Assembly: GCA_016748015.1 (NCBI GenBank)
Contig: JAAOMT010000761.1
Location: 173,331-237,330, forward strand
Source: Geosiphon pyriformis uo1
Lineage: Eukaryota > Fungi > Glomeromycota
Reading direction: 5' to 3'
Length of the DNA: 64,000 nucleotides
Numbering within the stretch: the stretch's first letter is position 1; the number at the start of each line of letters is the position of its first letter. Under the pieces are notes generated by a model. It saw only the letters and a program-made list of their open reading frames with translations. It was not told the origin of the DNA and did not search any database. Shown here one piece after another: positions 12,640 through 26,799 of the stretch. The position numbers and the translations under genes were made by a program.

Positions 12640-13110
12640 ATCAAAAAAACAACTAATCAAAGTATTATGTTATGTTTTAACTACTTTTAAAATATTTATT
12701 GCTTTTATTTGATTTATCTTAGAAATGTAGGTATTTTATGACTAAAACATTCATTCTTAGGCCTTTTACAAAATAAAGATCATACATTGTGATATCTGTT
12801 GAAAAAATGTATTAATATTTATTAATTAAGACAAGTAATTCATTATTAATTTTGAAAATGTGTGTTATACCACTTCAGTTGCTTCCAGTGCACACTTCAC
12901 TAAAGAAAATTATGCACCCGAAATTTTTTAAGACAGTTATAATAAAAGCATCAATATATGATTTATCAGATACCTGATTCTAATAGTTTTTGTGCAATTT
13001 AAGAATTTGATAAATTGAAAATCTATGCAAAAAAATTGTTAGCAAGAAATAAATTTAATAGACCAACAATAAAAAAACCTTTATAATGGCTTTAGAATAA
13101 ATATTATAAT
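12640..13110 (+). pseudogene. Protein kinase C-lobe fragment (HRDIRW type)
   Basis: IIHCDIC*KNVL (about 12779-12814), FIINFEN, YAPEIF and SINI*FIRYL are decayed HRD, DF(E), APE and DxWSxG motifs in the correct order. Confidence 0.7.
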
Positions 13111-13777
13111 ATTCTTAGGAAAAAGTTTTAGAAAAGAAAGCATAAATTCAAAATGAATCTAATAATTTTCAGATGAACATTAATCATTTGCCAAGATTAT
13201 ATTGTAATAATTGTAAAATAATCTTGAATATTGTTAAAGAGATAAAACAAATTTTTTTTTAAAGATTTTAATTATTGAATAATGTGTTATTGGATTTACA
13301 TCAGCTTAATATTCTTAATATATTAATTTTAGTAATTAATTGTGTTTTAGCTAAAATAAAATTCTTAAAATTTATTATTAAAAATTTGCTTAAAAGCATA
13401 TTATTATAATAATCAAATATTTAATTTTTTACAGAGTAACTATAAAATTAATTAAAAAAAATTTTTTTTTTCCAAATGACAAAAGTAATAATACACAACA
13501 ATTTAAAAATTGATTAAATGTTACACTAAAAAGTTTGCTGAAATATTTTAAAACTTTACAAAAATATTTAAAATTTATAATATCTTAATACTTGAAATAT
13601 ATATATATTTTTGCTTTAAAATTTATCATATTGTATTTTAATTAATAAAAAAATTTTTTGATAAAAAATTTTTTTTTATTAATATTTAATTACAAAAAAG
13701 AGTCAAAAAACCAAAAAAATATTTTTGTGTTTAACAACTTTTTATTTAAAAACTCACAACTATAAATACTTTTAATA

Positions 13778-15124
13778 CAAAGAGGTATAAAAAGTATTAA
13801 ATACTTAATATAATATATAAAAAAGCTATATATTATAATATTATTACCAATTTAAGCCATAATTATTTTTATAATTACTTATAGTTATAATCTACAAATC
13901 AACATAAATTACATCTTTAAAAAACACAACAGTCAATCATATGTATATATATAAAATATCAAATATTCTTGTAATGAAAAAATTTATTGCATCAAATATG
14001 TTTTAGAAAAAAATTTCTAAATACCAAAAAGGAGAGATTATTTCAGCAAAAAAGTTAGGACATACAAACAGTGAGATTTTCACGACTATTGAATGTTCAT
14101 ATTTTTCTATAATATGTGTATAAAAGTCATATAAGCTAAAAAAACTTCCTAAAAAATAAATAAACTGACCACAAATTCTTGACAAATGTATATGTAAACA
14201 ACTCAAATATTTAATAATAGAAAATAAAAAAACCTGCCACCAAACTTTTTCTTAAATATAATTAAATATTATTAAAGATACTAATAAATCTATTTCTATA
14301 CAAATTATTCAAAGTGGATTAACTCAAGGACTTTGCTTATGTATTCCTTATTTTAAGCCATTAATTTTCAAATTAAATAAAAAAAAATGTTTACAATGGG
14401 CTCGTATTTATAAAAATTGAACATTAGAAAATTTTAAATGAATTGTTTGGTCAGATGAATTTATATATACACAATTTAGAACTACAGGATTTGAACATGT
14501 ATAATATAAACCTTCCGAAGAGTTTCATAAAAATTGTATTAAAACTACAGTTAAAAAAAGCTTTGGTTGTATGTTTTAGGAATGTTTTTTATGAGTTGGT
14601 TTAGATTCTTTAATTCATTTGATTGGTCATATTATTGGAGTTATATACTAGAAAACCTTGGCTAATTATGTAATTTCTATGGTAAAATTTCATGCAAAAA
14701 AAACTAAAAAAAGTTTTTTTTTCAGGAAAACAATGCATTAATTCATATATTAAAAGTCACACATTCTTTTCTTACTTCTTTAAATGTTAAATTACTTTCT
14801 TGGCAGCACAAAGTCTTAATATTACTCCAATAGAAAATTTTTGGTCATATATTAAAATTAAAATTCGTCAATGTAATTTTCAACTTTCAAATATTATATA
14901 ATTGGAACAGTAAGTTAAGGAAAAATAAGATGCAATACCTATAAATTGCTATTGTAATTTGATTAAGTCTATATCATGTCGAGTTTAAGCTATTTTTCAA
15001 GCAAATGAGGGTTAACAAAATACTAACATGCATTTTAATATAATAATAAAAAATTAACAATTCATAAGTTAGTTTTTTTATATAATATATTATAAAAGTG
15101 TCTAATATTTTTTATATCTTCTTT
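13778..15124 (+). mobile_element. Tc1-like DNA transposon, copy 1 (transposase pseudogene 13998-15026)
   Basis: TA flanks, decayed TIRs (CAAAGAGGTATAAAAAGTATT...), WSDE and FQENNA motifs. Collinear with 39725-41077. Confidence 0.9.
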
Positions 15125-15129
15125 TATTT

Positions 15130-16300
15130 AATACAAAATTAAAAAAAAAACTAATACAAGCTCAAAAAGAGATATTTTGATGCAAAAAATTAAGAAAGAC
15201 TTTGGTTTTAAAAAGTAAAAATTTAAATAAAAAACTATAATTAATATTAAAAACATTAAAAATATTATATTAAGTAAACCAGTTTTAATTTAGATAATAA
15301 TAATAATAATAATAATATTTTACATAATTCAAAGAATAATATTTTGAAATAAATTTAAATTAAACACATAAAAATTGAAATATAGATTTTTATTAATTTT
15401 ACTCAAAGTTATTAATGTTTTTTACCAAAAAAAAGATTGCAATTACTGTTAAGAAATTTTTTACTCTGAATATTAATTTGTTAACAATAAAAAAAGTTTG
15501 TAAAAAAATTGCAAATAGCTGAAAAAATTTTTTTACTAAATAGTTTTTTTTTAAAATTTTATAAAATTATAAAAATATTATTCATATTTGAATTTAACTT
15601 AACTAAGACAAAAAAATTGGCTGAAAAAATAATGTAATTACAAATACTAATCTTAAACATGTAAATTTTTACACAGGTTAAGAAATAATTGTTAAAAAAT
15701 TCTAGTTAATACTTTAAAAATGGCTATATAAATGTTGTTTTAAATTTAGTCAAGTTGTGTTAATCAAACTGTAGTTTATTGTTTTTGGCAAAAAATTATT
15801 GTTGAGTTTATTATATTGAGCCAAATTAATTTGGTGGCTTTTAAATAGTTTGTTTAATTAAAACAAAATACTATAAATATTACTAAAATTAATATAAACA
15901 AGACTTTTTAATAAAAAAACCAAATATTAAGTTTTGTTTATTAATTTATTTATAAACACAGATGCTTATATCTTGTGAAATTTTTAGAATTAGTTAAAAA
16001 TAATTGCTTTTTAAAAAGAGATTTATTATTTATATGAGAATTAAATATGCAACTGTTTATTTTAATTCAAAAAAAAAGCTCGGAAAATGTTGTAATTAGA
16101 TATTTGCTTTGAATAATATTAAGACTTTTTTAACTTAATCAAACTTATTTTATTTAAATATTCAACTTGCAATCATTTTGTTTATATTTTTTTAAAATAT
16201 AATTCTACTGAAAAGAAATTTTTTTGTTTTAAAAAGGTTTTACTTGATATTTTGTAATTGTTTTTTATTGGATTTTGGATAAATATTGATAATTTGTAAT
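15130..16300 (+). mobile_element. Ancient LINE ORF1 relic
   Basis: Residual similarity to ORF1 segments (VKKFFTLNINL, TNTNLKH, IIVKK, WQKIIVEF) in the same order as copies A-D. Confidence 0.5.
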
Positions 16301-17099
16301 TTTGTAAAATAATTATGTTTATTTGACCATTATACTTAGCAATTTTTATAAGTACTTGTAAATAATAATTAATAATAATTTATTTTGTTTAAAATTCTTA
16401 AAACTTAAGTTATTGAAAATTTAATTTTTTGTTTAATCTGCTTATAAATAAAAAATTACATACATTTTTACATTTAATTTTGTTTTTTTAAATTCAATGA
16501 TAAAGCTTTTATTAGATATTTAAATATAGCTAATATTATAATGTGTTGTTTTAGTGCTTTGAATTTTTTCATTGAAAATTATATTAGTTTTATAAACTAA
16601 TAATTTTTAATAATATTTTGATATTGAACTGTATTTGTAACCAAAACTTTAATTAAATAATAATTTTACCAATAAAATATTTTTTATATTATTATAACAA
16701 TTACTAATTTCAGAAATTTTAGAATTTTTTATTAATTTGTCATTAATAAGAAAAAACTTTCAAATTAATTAAAATAAAACTTTAAAATAAATATAATTTT
16801 ACATAATAAAGTTTTAATATTAACGAATTTATTTATTTTACATTATAAATTATTATTATTTAATTATTAATTAACAATACAAATATAATAGATTATTATT
16901 AAATATCACATATTATTTGTTATATGATTTTAATATTATACAAATATTATACATGTTAAAATATATTATTAATATAATTTGTTTTGTTTTTGAAAATATG
17001 TTAATATTATAAAGCTATTCTTAATATTTAATATTTTTTAAATTCTATATGTAAATTTGGTAATTTGGTAATTTTTGTTAATTTTGTCTATTTATTTAA

Positions 17100-17900
17100 T
17101 TCATATATTTTGTATTTTTAATCAAATCTAGTTTTTATGTCAATTTTATTAAAAACAGCATTAAAATTTTCTTAAATTCAAAATAACAATAAAAAAAATT
17201 GAATTATATGCTGTAAAATTCAAAATTGACTAATTTGATTTTAAAAGTGTTTTTAAAACAGTATTTTTTACTTTGATATTATAAAAAATATCGATAAATA
17301 ATTTAAAGCCAAATTAGTTTAAAAAGATAAATGATTTTTTTTTAAAATTTTAAAAAAAATTATATTAATACAAAGTAACAGATTTAATTTAATCACAACA
17401 AACTTTATTAAATATTAAAGACACAATGTAGTTATTAATTATTAATAAAAGATTTTTTGGTTTTAAATAAGAGGTTTTCTTATTTAAAGTTTTTTCTAAG
17501 TAACTAATTAAAATTGGTTAAATGTAATTATGACTAAAACAAAAAATCTTAAAATTTTTAACAGCAAACTAGTAACCAAGCTATTTTTTACAAATCTTTT
17601 TAAATATTGTTTAAATAATCATAAAAACCAGAAAAAACCATTTTTTGGTGTTTTTTACTTTAAAGTGTGATTCTTTTTTTGTGAAAAATATAACATTAGT
17701 TTTATTTGGTTTTTTTAGTGTTTACATTAATCTTGTTGTAATTATATTAATTATAATGCTTAATTTAAATTTAATATTAAACAATATCTTTTTTTATTTA
17801 AATAATAATAATAATAATAACATATCTGTTAATAATAAGTTTATTATTAAAAATTAAAACTAGTTTTATGTTTTTTATATAAAATTTAATGCTTAAAAAA
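17100..17900 (+). mobile_element. Possible very old LINE ORF1 relic
   Basis: Faint FTLDI and KINGF-like traces only. Confidence 0.22.
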
Positions 17901-18099
17901 TGTAATATTATTATTTATTATTTTAATTATTAAGATTTTTACTTTATTTTTTTAAATAATTAATATTATTTTTCAGTTAATTATTTTTCCAATCTTAATT
18001 TTAATTAAATAATTAATATATTGGCAATTATTTGTTTATATATAACATAAATCAAGATTTTTTGACTAATACACTGAGCTATTTTATACGTTTAAGAGT

Positions 18100-19750
18100 A
18101 AATTTAATATAAAAAATATTTATTTTGTAATTGATCTAACTATTTAAAAAAGTGGCATCTTTTTAAGGGCTCAAATTTTTTATTCTAGTAAATATTATTA
18201 ACTAAATAAATATTATGTTTTTTCTTTATAAACATATTATTCTAAATATTTTTATATGAGTCAATTCTTGGATTTAAAGATACAGGATATTTTGTTTTCC
18301 CTGTCTTTCCTGCCCAATCAAAGTCAATAAATTTGATATCAGTTTTTCCAAACCATAATGTTGGTGCCACGAAAATCTCTGTGCACATAACTAAATTCGT
18401 AAAATTTTTACATAGTGTCTTTAACTGCACTTTTTATTAATAAACTGTTTCTAAATTGAGATAAAATCAATGTTTTATATTCATCCAAATACTTCATAAC
18501 AATAATTTTTTATTCTTCTTTAAGTTGATTTATTGCCAATAATTTGAGAGCAGAATTGAATTAAAAGCATTTTTTATGTACATCTTTAGAATATTCTTGG
18601 ATAAATTTAATCAGAGCCTTTTTCTGCTGATTTTTTACCTGCATTTATGTAATCCATAAATGGTGGGTGCTCAGAAATTTTGTTTGATATATTAAAAAAG
18701 TTCTGGTGTTATTAATATTTATTGTGTTGATACATAGGAAACAAAAGTTATCAAGTATCATAGTTTGACTATAAATGTTGTTTTAGTACTCTTTTAGTAA
18801 AATCAAAGAATTTCTTAAACCCATAAACATTTTTATAATATTTACTGCCATATAATAGTTGTACACAATTCTATTTAAAAAAAATATGTGTAAGATAATT
18901 AAACACAATGAAAGAAACACAAATAGCACTAGAAATTGATATATTGAGTCTTTTATTAAGTTTTATTTAAAGTTAGAGAATACTTAAAATCAATAGTAAC
19001 AGATATATACAAACAAACTCTCTAGATTAATAAGAAATGCAAACAAACAGGTCTTTTTGAAAAGACTTGTTTTGCTATTGTGAGCTTTTATTACAAATTT
19101 TTTATAATATACACGATTTTTAATATACTAATTGCTATTTATATCAAGTTCTGTTTTAACTTTCAAATTTGCTAAGAAAATACTTTCTCCAATCATTGAA
19201 CAGATGCTGTTATCTGTTACTCTTCTGCCAATTTTTTCTTGTTTAATTTGGAAATTTTCTTTACAAAATATAACAAATCAGCAGTAAAAAGTCTCTATCT
19301 TTGATTGTCATCTCAAAACATATTGGTTACCATAAAACCCAGTTCAAGCACAAAATTAAAATTTTTAGAAGCTATTTTATAACTTTTAGCCAATTTATAG
19401 AATGTGCTAAATATTTTATGATAGAATTGAATTGGAATATCTAAGACCCAAATCTATTATTTATAGAATATCTTTCAGCTGCTTAGTTTCTATTAACACA
19501 TATTGTAGTTTTTGTATCTAAAACCTCTATAATATTTGCTTATCTCTAGCTTTTTTTTTGCCTTTCAGCTATTGCTTTTTTTCTATTTATATTGCTCTTT
19601 TATAATTGTTTCTTAATTAGCTTATTCTACAATTCACTTAATCTACTTGTTTTTTTACCCTCCCTAAACTTCTTCAGCTTTTTCAAATATTTCCAATACT
19701 AAAACATAGCTAGCTCTAGTTTATGTTTAATAGTTTCAATGCTGGCCATT
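18100..19750 (-). pseudogene. Coiled-coil + restriction-endonuclease-like + protein kinase gene (Crinkler-like layout), intron-containing
   Basis: YVHRDFRGTNIM then IKFIDFDWAGKTG..YPVSLN at 18260-18395; IIVMKYL hinge; D...LANLKVKTEL (decayed D...ExK) near 19150-19215; K/E-rich N-terminus from ATG at about 19749; GT..AG intron at about 18872-18983. Confidence 0.72.
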
Positions 19751-20686
19751 TTGTTTTGTGTATTTTGTTATGGTTTAAGAAAATATCTGTTTAGTTTATG
19801 TTAATAATATTTCAGATCTTTATCTATTAATATAAATTTATGATTTAAGTAACAAAACTGCTATTTTTAAATTACACCAATAATAGCTGGTATTAAGAGT
19901 TTAATTTCTGCAAAATGTTTTATGTAATATAATATAATTATTATTAATTTTTTTTGGAAATGCTTTATTGAGTGTTATTTATTTATTTCCTTACAACATA
20001 TAAACATTTTAAAATAATACAAATTATGCTTTTTTTAAATATAACCAACTATTTGAGCCAACTAAAACAACAATAAAACTAAATTCCGAATTTTTAATTA
20101 ACCAAATTTAATATTTAAGACATTTTATGTGCTAATTTTTTTAAACAAAACTATATTTATTTAAAATTTTCAAGCCAATTTTGTTAATATGCTTAATTGA
20201 ATTAACATATTTAAAATATATTTTTAAAAATAAAACTTTTTTGTTTATAGTATATTTTAAGCTTGGGTGTAAGAATTTATATATTACTTTTAATATATTA
20301 TTAAAAATATTTAACCCAATTTAACTATTTTGTTAAAACACTTAAAAATTCGAATAATTTTTTATTTCAATTTTTTAAAACAAATTATTTAGTTAAAATC
20401 ACATATATTTTTTGTTATTTAATATATTAACATTAATTTGCATATTTTTAAATTTAAAAATTACAGATCTTAATAAAATTTATTAACAATCAAACATTAT
20501 ACTTTAAAAAAAATTTATAATATTATACATATTTTTATTATTAATATATTATATTATATTTAATATAAAAAACTTTTTTCTCTCTTACTTTCACAAATTC
20601 TCAAAAAGTGCTTTTCTGAAAAAGAAATTTTTTAGTTTTTTTCTTGTTAGTATTTTACAATTTCTCTTTCTAATAATCCATTTTTT

Positions 20687-22572
20687 ATAGACTTGGAGGC
20701 TGCTTTTAGTAGCAACATGTCTAAAAAAGAGCACCAAAAGATGCTTTTCATGGTCCTGCTGGTGGCTTTTTTTTGCAGAAAAAAAAAGTTGTGCTTGAGA
20801 ATATCAAACACTCAAGTAATGAAAAAAATATCTCTCTAAACAAATTTGAGCTTGGTAAAAATGTGTTTTCTAATGTAAATAGTGTGTCTGGTAATAAAGA
20901 AGATGCTAACATGACTGGCATTAATATTGGGTCTCTTCTGGATTTAGCTGCCAACACTCCTAAAGCCAAGTGTGTCAATACTAATGTCATTTTTGGTTTC
21001 CCTCTTGGTTCTCCTAATTTTGTCATGAATAATAATAAAGATGTCTCTCTTCCTCCTCATCTTCCAATTTCTCTGGAAAAAAAATAGATTGACCCAAAAA
21101 TTATTAAGACTCAGGTTGAAGTGTTTGCCAAAAAATCCTTTGCTCTTAATATCAATTTTAGTGCTGTAGAAGAAAAATCAGCAACAGCAAAAACCCAATT
21201 TATTAGAGAAATTTTTTTATTAGTCAATGGTTTTGGGGGGGGCCACCACCCCCTCAAAATTTGAGAGAATTATCCAATCTATGTTTACTTCTGAGAAAAA
21301 CATGATTAAGGCTATATCATTGGCCAGAGAAAAATAAATTGTCATAAACAGTAATCTTAAGAAACAAGGGATGAGATCAGATTGGGCTGTGATAATCAAA
21401 AAAATTCTCATGGATACGCCTAAAGATATAATTGTCACTGCAGTATTTGAATTTGGAGAAATTAAGTTGATCAAAATTCAATTAATTGGAATGTGGCAAA
21501 AAACTGTGGTGGAGTTTGCTGAAATAAACCAAGCTGATTCATTGGTCTCAAAGTAGTTATTCCTGATTGGTAAAAATTTTGTGCATGTAGCCAAAGCAGT
21601 GGGGGATTGTGAGACTTGGACATCTAGGAATCAGTTCAAAGCACTTTTGTTTACTTTACCTGTGGGAACAACTGTTCATGATTTGGGCAATCTTTTAGAA
21701 AAAGCTGGTGAAAAAACATGCACCATAAACAGGTCCATAGAAATTGATAATAGAATTTGCTGTGTGGTAGTTGGTTTTGCCTCTGATGATGATTTAAAAT
21801 CTGCCTTTCACATGGAGTCTATCTTCAATGGGATGAAACTCTTTTGGGCTAGAATGAATTTGGTTTGTTGTGAGAAGTGTGGGCATTTTGAACATTTGGC
21901 TCTTGAATGTGATACACCAGATGCAATCATGCTGCCATTATCTAAGAGATTATACAAAAAGAGTGCTTCAGAAGAAGTTTGTTTTTGGCTTGCTAAATTG
22001 TATGAAAAAAATGTGTTCTGATATCTCGCCCTACTGCTTTTGGTGACAAATCTTGGGTCCAAGTGGTCTTACTCTCTAAGTCTTCTGGTAGTATTTACTC
22101 TGGTTCTGGTCTTAATTTTTCTTCTCATAGACTCTTAAGTCTTGGTAGTATCCTTTTTTCTATGTCTACAGTCTCCTCTGGCTTAAGTAATCATTTGGTG
22201 GTCTTAGAAAGGTTTCTGGAACTTTTAGTGAATCAGATGTCTAAGATTATGAAAAAGCTAAGTTTTGTGGAATTGGTGTCTTTGGTATTCAAGTCATTTG
22301 TCTCATCTCTGGTTGTTCTGGTGCCTTTAGACTTTGTTGTAGATTCAAATATGGCCATGAATAATATGCAGACATCCCTCATCCTTTCTCTTGTAATTGT
22401 TGTGGACACAGTCGCCGATCTTAGCTCAAGTAGTTCTAAGGTTTTAATCTCCAAGGTGGGTGGATTGGAATCTAAGTTGGTGGCTTTGGAAGTGTCAGTT
22501 AAGTTGGTTTTGGAAAAGTTGAATTGTTTGTGTTCTGGTTTGGGTTTGCCAGCTCTTATTGTCTCTTAATGA
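20687..22572 (+). pseudogene. LINE B ORF1 (RRM-like domains, CCHC knuckle, coiled coil)
   Basis: Fragments 20773-21087, 21371-21556, 21581-22021 (CEKCGHFEHLALEC) and 22063-22569; same subfamily as copy D. Confidence 0.88.
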
Positions 22573-23820
22573 GTGAGTTAGTTTGGAAATTTGGTATGTG
22601 TAATGTCTAGAGTATCAATGTTTCTGTCAAGCAAGTAGATGTTGTGCATTGGTATGTGAATTCTGGTATTTTGGTGTCTTTTGTTACAGAAACTAAATTA
22701 AGGTCCAGTATTAAGCCGTGGATTGCTAATAAGTTTGAGAGTGTGCATATCTTTACATTGGGTTTGGAGGAAGATTTTCTCAGTGCTGGGGTAACTGTTA
22801 TTATGAGCAATTCTCTGATTCAACATGTGTCTAAGGTTGAGGCAGTGCTTGGTTGGGTTGTTTTGGTATGGCTTCTATTCAAAGGCAAGCTCTCTGTAAC
22901 TGTACTTGGTTTGTACACTGGTGCTTCTTTTAGTGTTTGTTTTGGGCAGGTGTCTGAGATGAACTCTATTATTGCTAAGGCTATTAACTCCAGCACTTTT
23001 GTGGTCCTAGGTAAAGATTTTAATAAATGTGGGTCTAAAAAGAGTGTGAGTTTCAGGTTCTGCTCAAATCTGGGTCTGGTTAATTTATTTGTTGGTCATT
23101 GTTTGGTTTATACTCCTACTTAGTGCAATTCAAGAGGTGTTGAAAAGACTATTGATTACATTTTTGTTAGTGAGAGTCTGTCTTTCTCTGTTGCTAAACA
23201 TTGGGTTGGTTCTGTTTCTAATTTTTTTAATATGGATTACAATGCTGTTGTTGTGTCAGTCAGTTTGGAAGGACTCTTGGATGTTCAGTTGAATAGTTTG
23301 CATAAGCAGGCTAATAAAGATCATTGGAAGTTCAGAATTAAAGATGCAAATAGTGTCAGGTGGTCTTGTTTTAGAAACTGCTCATCCACCAAGATTTTGA
23401 TGGTAAAGAATAGGTTTTTTGCCACTGCTGCTGATCATAATTTAGATGCTATGTGGTTACTATTGGAAAAGGCTTTGGTGGATTCTGCTGGCGAGATATT
23501 TTTTAGACATTGGTTCAGTGTTTTTCAGTATTTAAGGAATATGCAATCTTCTAAATTTCTGGATTTGGAGTTGCTGGTTGTCAAAATTGTCAAAACCTGG
23601 GCTCTGCTGATATCTTTGGTTTCAATTGTTTTGCTAAGAAGTGGGCATCTTTAGATGCTGCTAATGCTCTTGTTTTAGAAGACATGATTTGTAATGGTCA
23701 AAAATTGGAGAACATTCTTAAATATTTGTTACTTATCAAGAAAGAGTATAGGAAGTCTAAATTACATGAATCAAAATTGGTGCAGGAGGCTTCTATCAGG
23801 AAGGCTATCAAAAAGCACAT

Positions 23821-25239
23821 TGTTACCAGAAGATTTTCACACTTTTCAATGCAAAAATTACAACACATACAATGAAAATTAACATCAAAATTAAGCGAAA
23901 AAGACCTATATTATCACACTTAATCAACAAAATTAACTGGCAATTTGAGAATAAATGATCAGCAATCAATTCAATTACAACAAAAAAATATGGCACAATC
24001 CAACAGTTTAACTAAGTTAGATACAAAGAAATCTTGGCAAACTATGAAACACCAATAGAAATAAATGATTGATATATGTAATCAGATAACAACAAATTTT
24101 GTTATGCTCCAAAATTCTCATACACCCTTATTGAAACAATCTAACATTTCAGATCTGCAATTAATAGTTAAAAGTAGTTATCAAGAAATATAATCAATTG
24201 ATCTACTTCTGATTATGTTAATCATAATTACAATTAGTATTATTGATTTACAATCAATGTTCTAGATTCAGCCATCTAAATCTGATCATTTAAATTACTA
24301 GCTCTTGGATGAATAATAGGCTGAGTAAACTCATTATAAATTGATTAATTAAATATATATAAATAATTGATGTATTTTAAATAGTTCTAATATAGTATAT
24401 AGATCTGATATAATTTAGCTATATATACAGCCCCTCTGTCAGCTCAGGAAAGTATTAGTTCAATACTGAGCCAACTCTTCACTATAGTTTTATAGTGAGC
24501 AGTTAGTCTTTTCTTTTATTCCTTACACTTCCCCTTCTCTTTTCTATGTTCTAAATACTTGTTATCACAATCTCAAATATGTCTTCCCATATTCCTTATC
24601 ACCATTTGGAATTACATTGTTTATAATCTTTTACTTACTTGTTATCACCATTTCAAGTTGTTTTTTTACTTCCAATCTTTCAAATCATGTGTTATTACTA
24701 TTTTACATTAAGTCTTGTTTTACCGAACAAGTTGTTAAATATAAAAATAAGTAATAAAGTATCACATTGTTAGAGAGTGGTCTCAACAATAAAAAGTTTA
24801 AGCAAAATCTATTTCAGTTATGTTTGACTTGCATAATTTTTCTTATAATTCATATAACTTCATTTTCAAAGCAGGCATTTGAACACCACACCCTTTCAAC
24901 AACTAATTAAAAGAATTCTGGTTACATATTTTTTTGAGTAGTTGGTTTCACTTTTTGTTGCTAGTTGTGTTTCTGATACATATAAAGAGATGTGACTTCT
25001 CTTTTCTCTTTTTCAAATACCTAAAACTGGTTCTTGCCCAAAAACAAATAATAATAACAATACTTTTTTTCACTTTTAATGATCTTATCACATATCTTTT
25101 TTGCTTTCCCACCTACTGAAATAATCTATACATCCATGATATGTTATAATCAGTAGCATAATTATGGTAATGTGTGTTTTAGGTGAAAGTTATTGTCATT
25201 GCTAAAAAGTTACAAATCCATAGCTTTTATTCAGTAACA
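23821..25239 (+). repeat. 5' LTR
   Basis: Ungapped direct repeat of 25381-26799, about 77 mismatches by manual count. Confidence 0.93.
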
Positions 25240-25380
25240 TATGGTGCCTTTTGTTGTCAGTATGGAAACAACTATAAACATTTTAATAATCTTTAAATAT
25301 CTTAGAGGACTTCGATCTTCTCTAAAAAGGAAGAAAAATTTAACAATTCACAGGAGCTTATTTTTCAAAGATAGAAAAAA

Positions 25381-26799
25381 TGTTACCAAAAGATTTTTAC
25401 ACTTTTCAATACAAAAATTACAACACATACAATGAAAATTAACATTAAAATCATGCGAAAAAGACCTACATTATCATACTTAATTAACAAAATCAGCCGG
25501 CAATTTGAGAATAAATGATCAGCAATCAATCCAATTACAACAAAAAAATATGGCACAATCTAACAGTTTAATTAAGTTAGATACAAAGAAATCTTGGCAA
25601 ACTATGAAACACCAATAGAAATAAATGATTGATACATGTAATCAGATAACAACAAATTTTGTTATGCTTCAAAATTTTCATACACCCTTATTGAAACAAT
25701 CTAACATTCCAGATCTGCAATTAATAGTTAAAAGTAGTTACCAAGAAATATAATCAATTGATCTACTTCTGATTATGTTAATCATAATTACAATTGGTAT
25801 CATTGATTTACAATTAATGTTCTAGATTCAGCCATCTAAATCTGATCATCTAAATTACTAGCTTTTAGATGAATAACAAACTGAGTAAGCTCATCATAAA
25901 TTGATTAATTAAATATATATAAATAATTGAGGTATTTTAAATAGTTCTAATATAGTATGTAGATCTGATATAATTTAGCTATATATACAGCCCCTCTGTC
26001 AGCTCAGAAAAGTATTAGTTCAATACTGAGCCAACTCTTCACTATAGTTTTATAGTGAGCAGTTAGTCTTTTCTTTTATTCCTTACACTCTTCCTTCTCT
26101 TTTTTATGTTCTAAATACTTGTCATCACAATCTCAAATATGTCTTCCCATATTCCTTATCACCATTTGGAATTACATTGTTTATAATCTTTTACTTACTT
26201 GTTATCACTATTTCAAGTTGTTCTATTACTTCCAATCTTTCAAATCATGTGTTATTACTATTTTACATTAAGTTTTGTTTTACCGAACAAGTTGTTAAAT
26301 ATAAAAATAAGTAATAAAGTATCACATTGTTAGAGAGTGGTCTCAACAATAAAAAGTTTAAGCAAAATCTATTTCAGTTATGTTTGACTTTCATAATTTT
26401 TCTTATAATTCATATAACTTCATTTTCAAAGCAGATATTTAAATACCACACTCTTTTGATAACTAATTAAAAGAATTTTGGTTACATATTTCTTTAAGTA
26501 GTTGGTTTCACTCTTTGTTGCTAGTTGTGCTTCTGATACATATAAAGAGATGTGACTTCTCTTTTCCCTTTTTCAAATACCTAAAACTGGTTTTTGCCCA
26601 AAAACAAATAATAATGATAATACTTTCTTTTACTTTTAATGATCTTATCACATACCTCTTTTGCTTTCCCACCTACTGAAATAGTCCATACACCCATGAT
26701 ATGTTATAGTTAGTAGCATAATCATGGTAATGTGTGTTCCAGGTGAAAGTTATTGTCATTGCTAAGAAGTTACAAATCCATAGCTTTTATCTGGTAACA
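25381..26799 (+). repeat. 3' LTR
   Basis: Constant 1560-bp offset from the 5' LTR. Confidence 0.93.

Larger units (their letters stand above)
23821..26799 (+). mobile_element. Non-autonomous LTR retrotransposon: two 1419-bp LTRs and a 141-bp internal domain
   Basis: TGTTACCAGA...TCTGGTAACA termini, PBS-like TGGTGCC at 25242, purine tract before 25381. 4-bp flanks ACAT and GTAT both derive from an ancestral TSD GCAT by one transition each. Confidence 0.9.

Noticed and set aside
23821-26799. Simple tandem duplication or assembly artefact
   Set aside because: About 5% divergence, TG..CA termini, a unique core with PBS and PPT, and a TSD all point to an LTR element.
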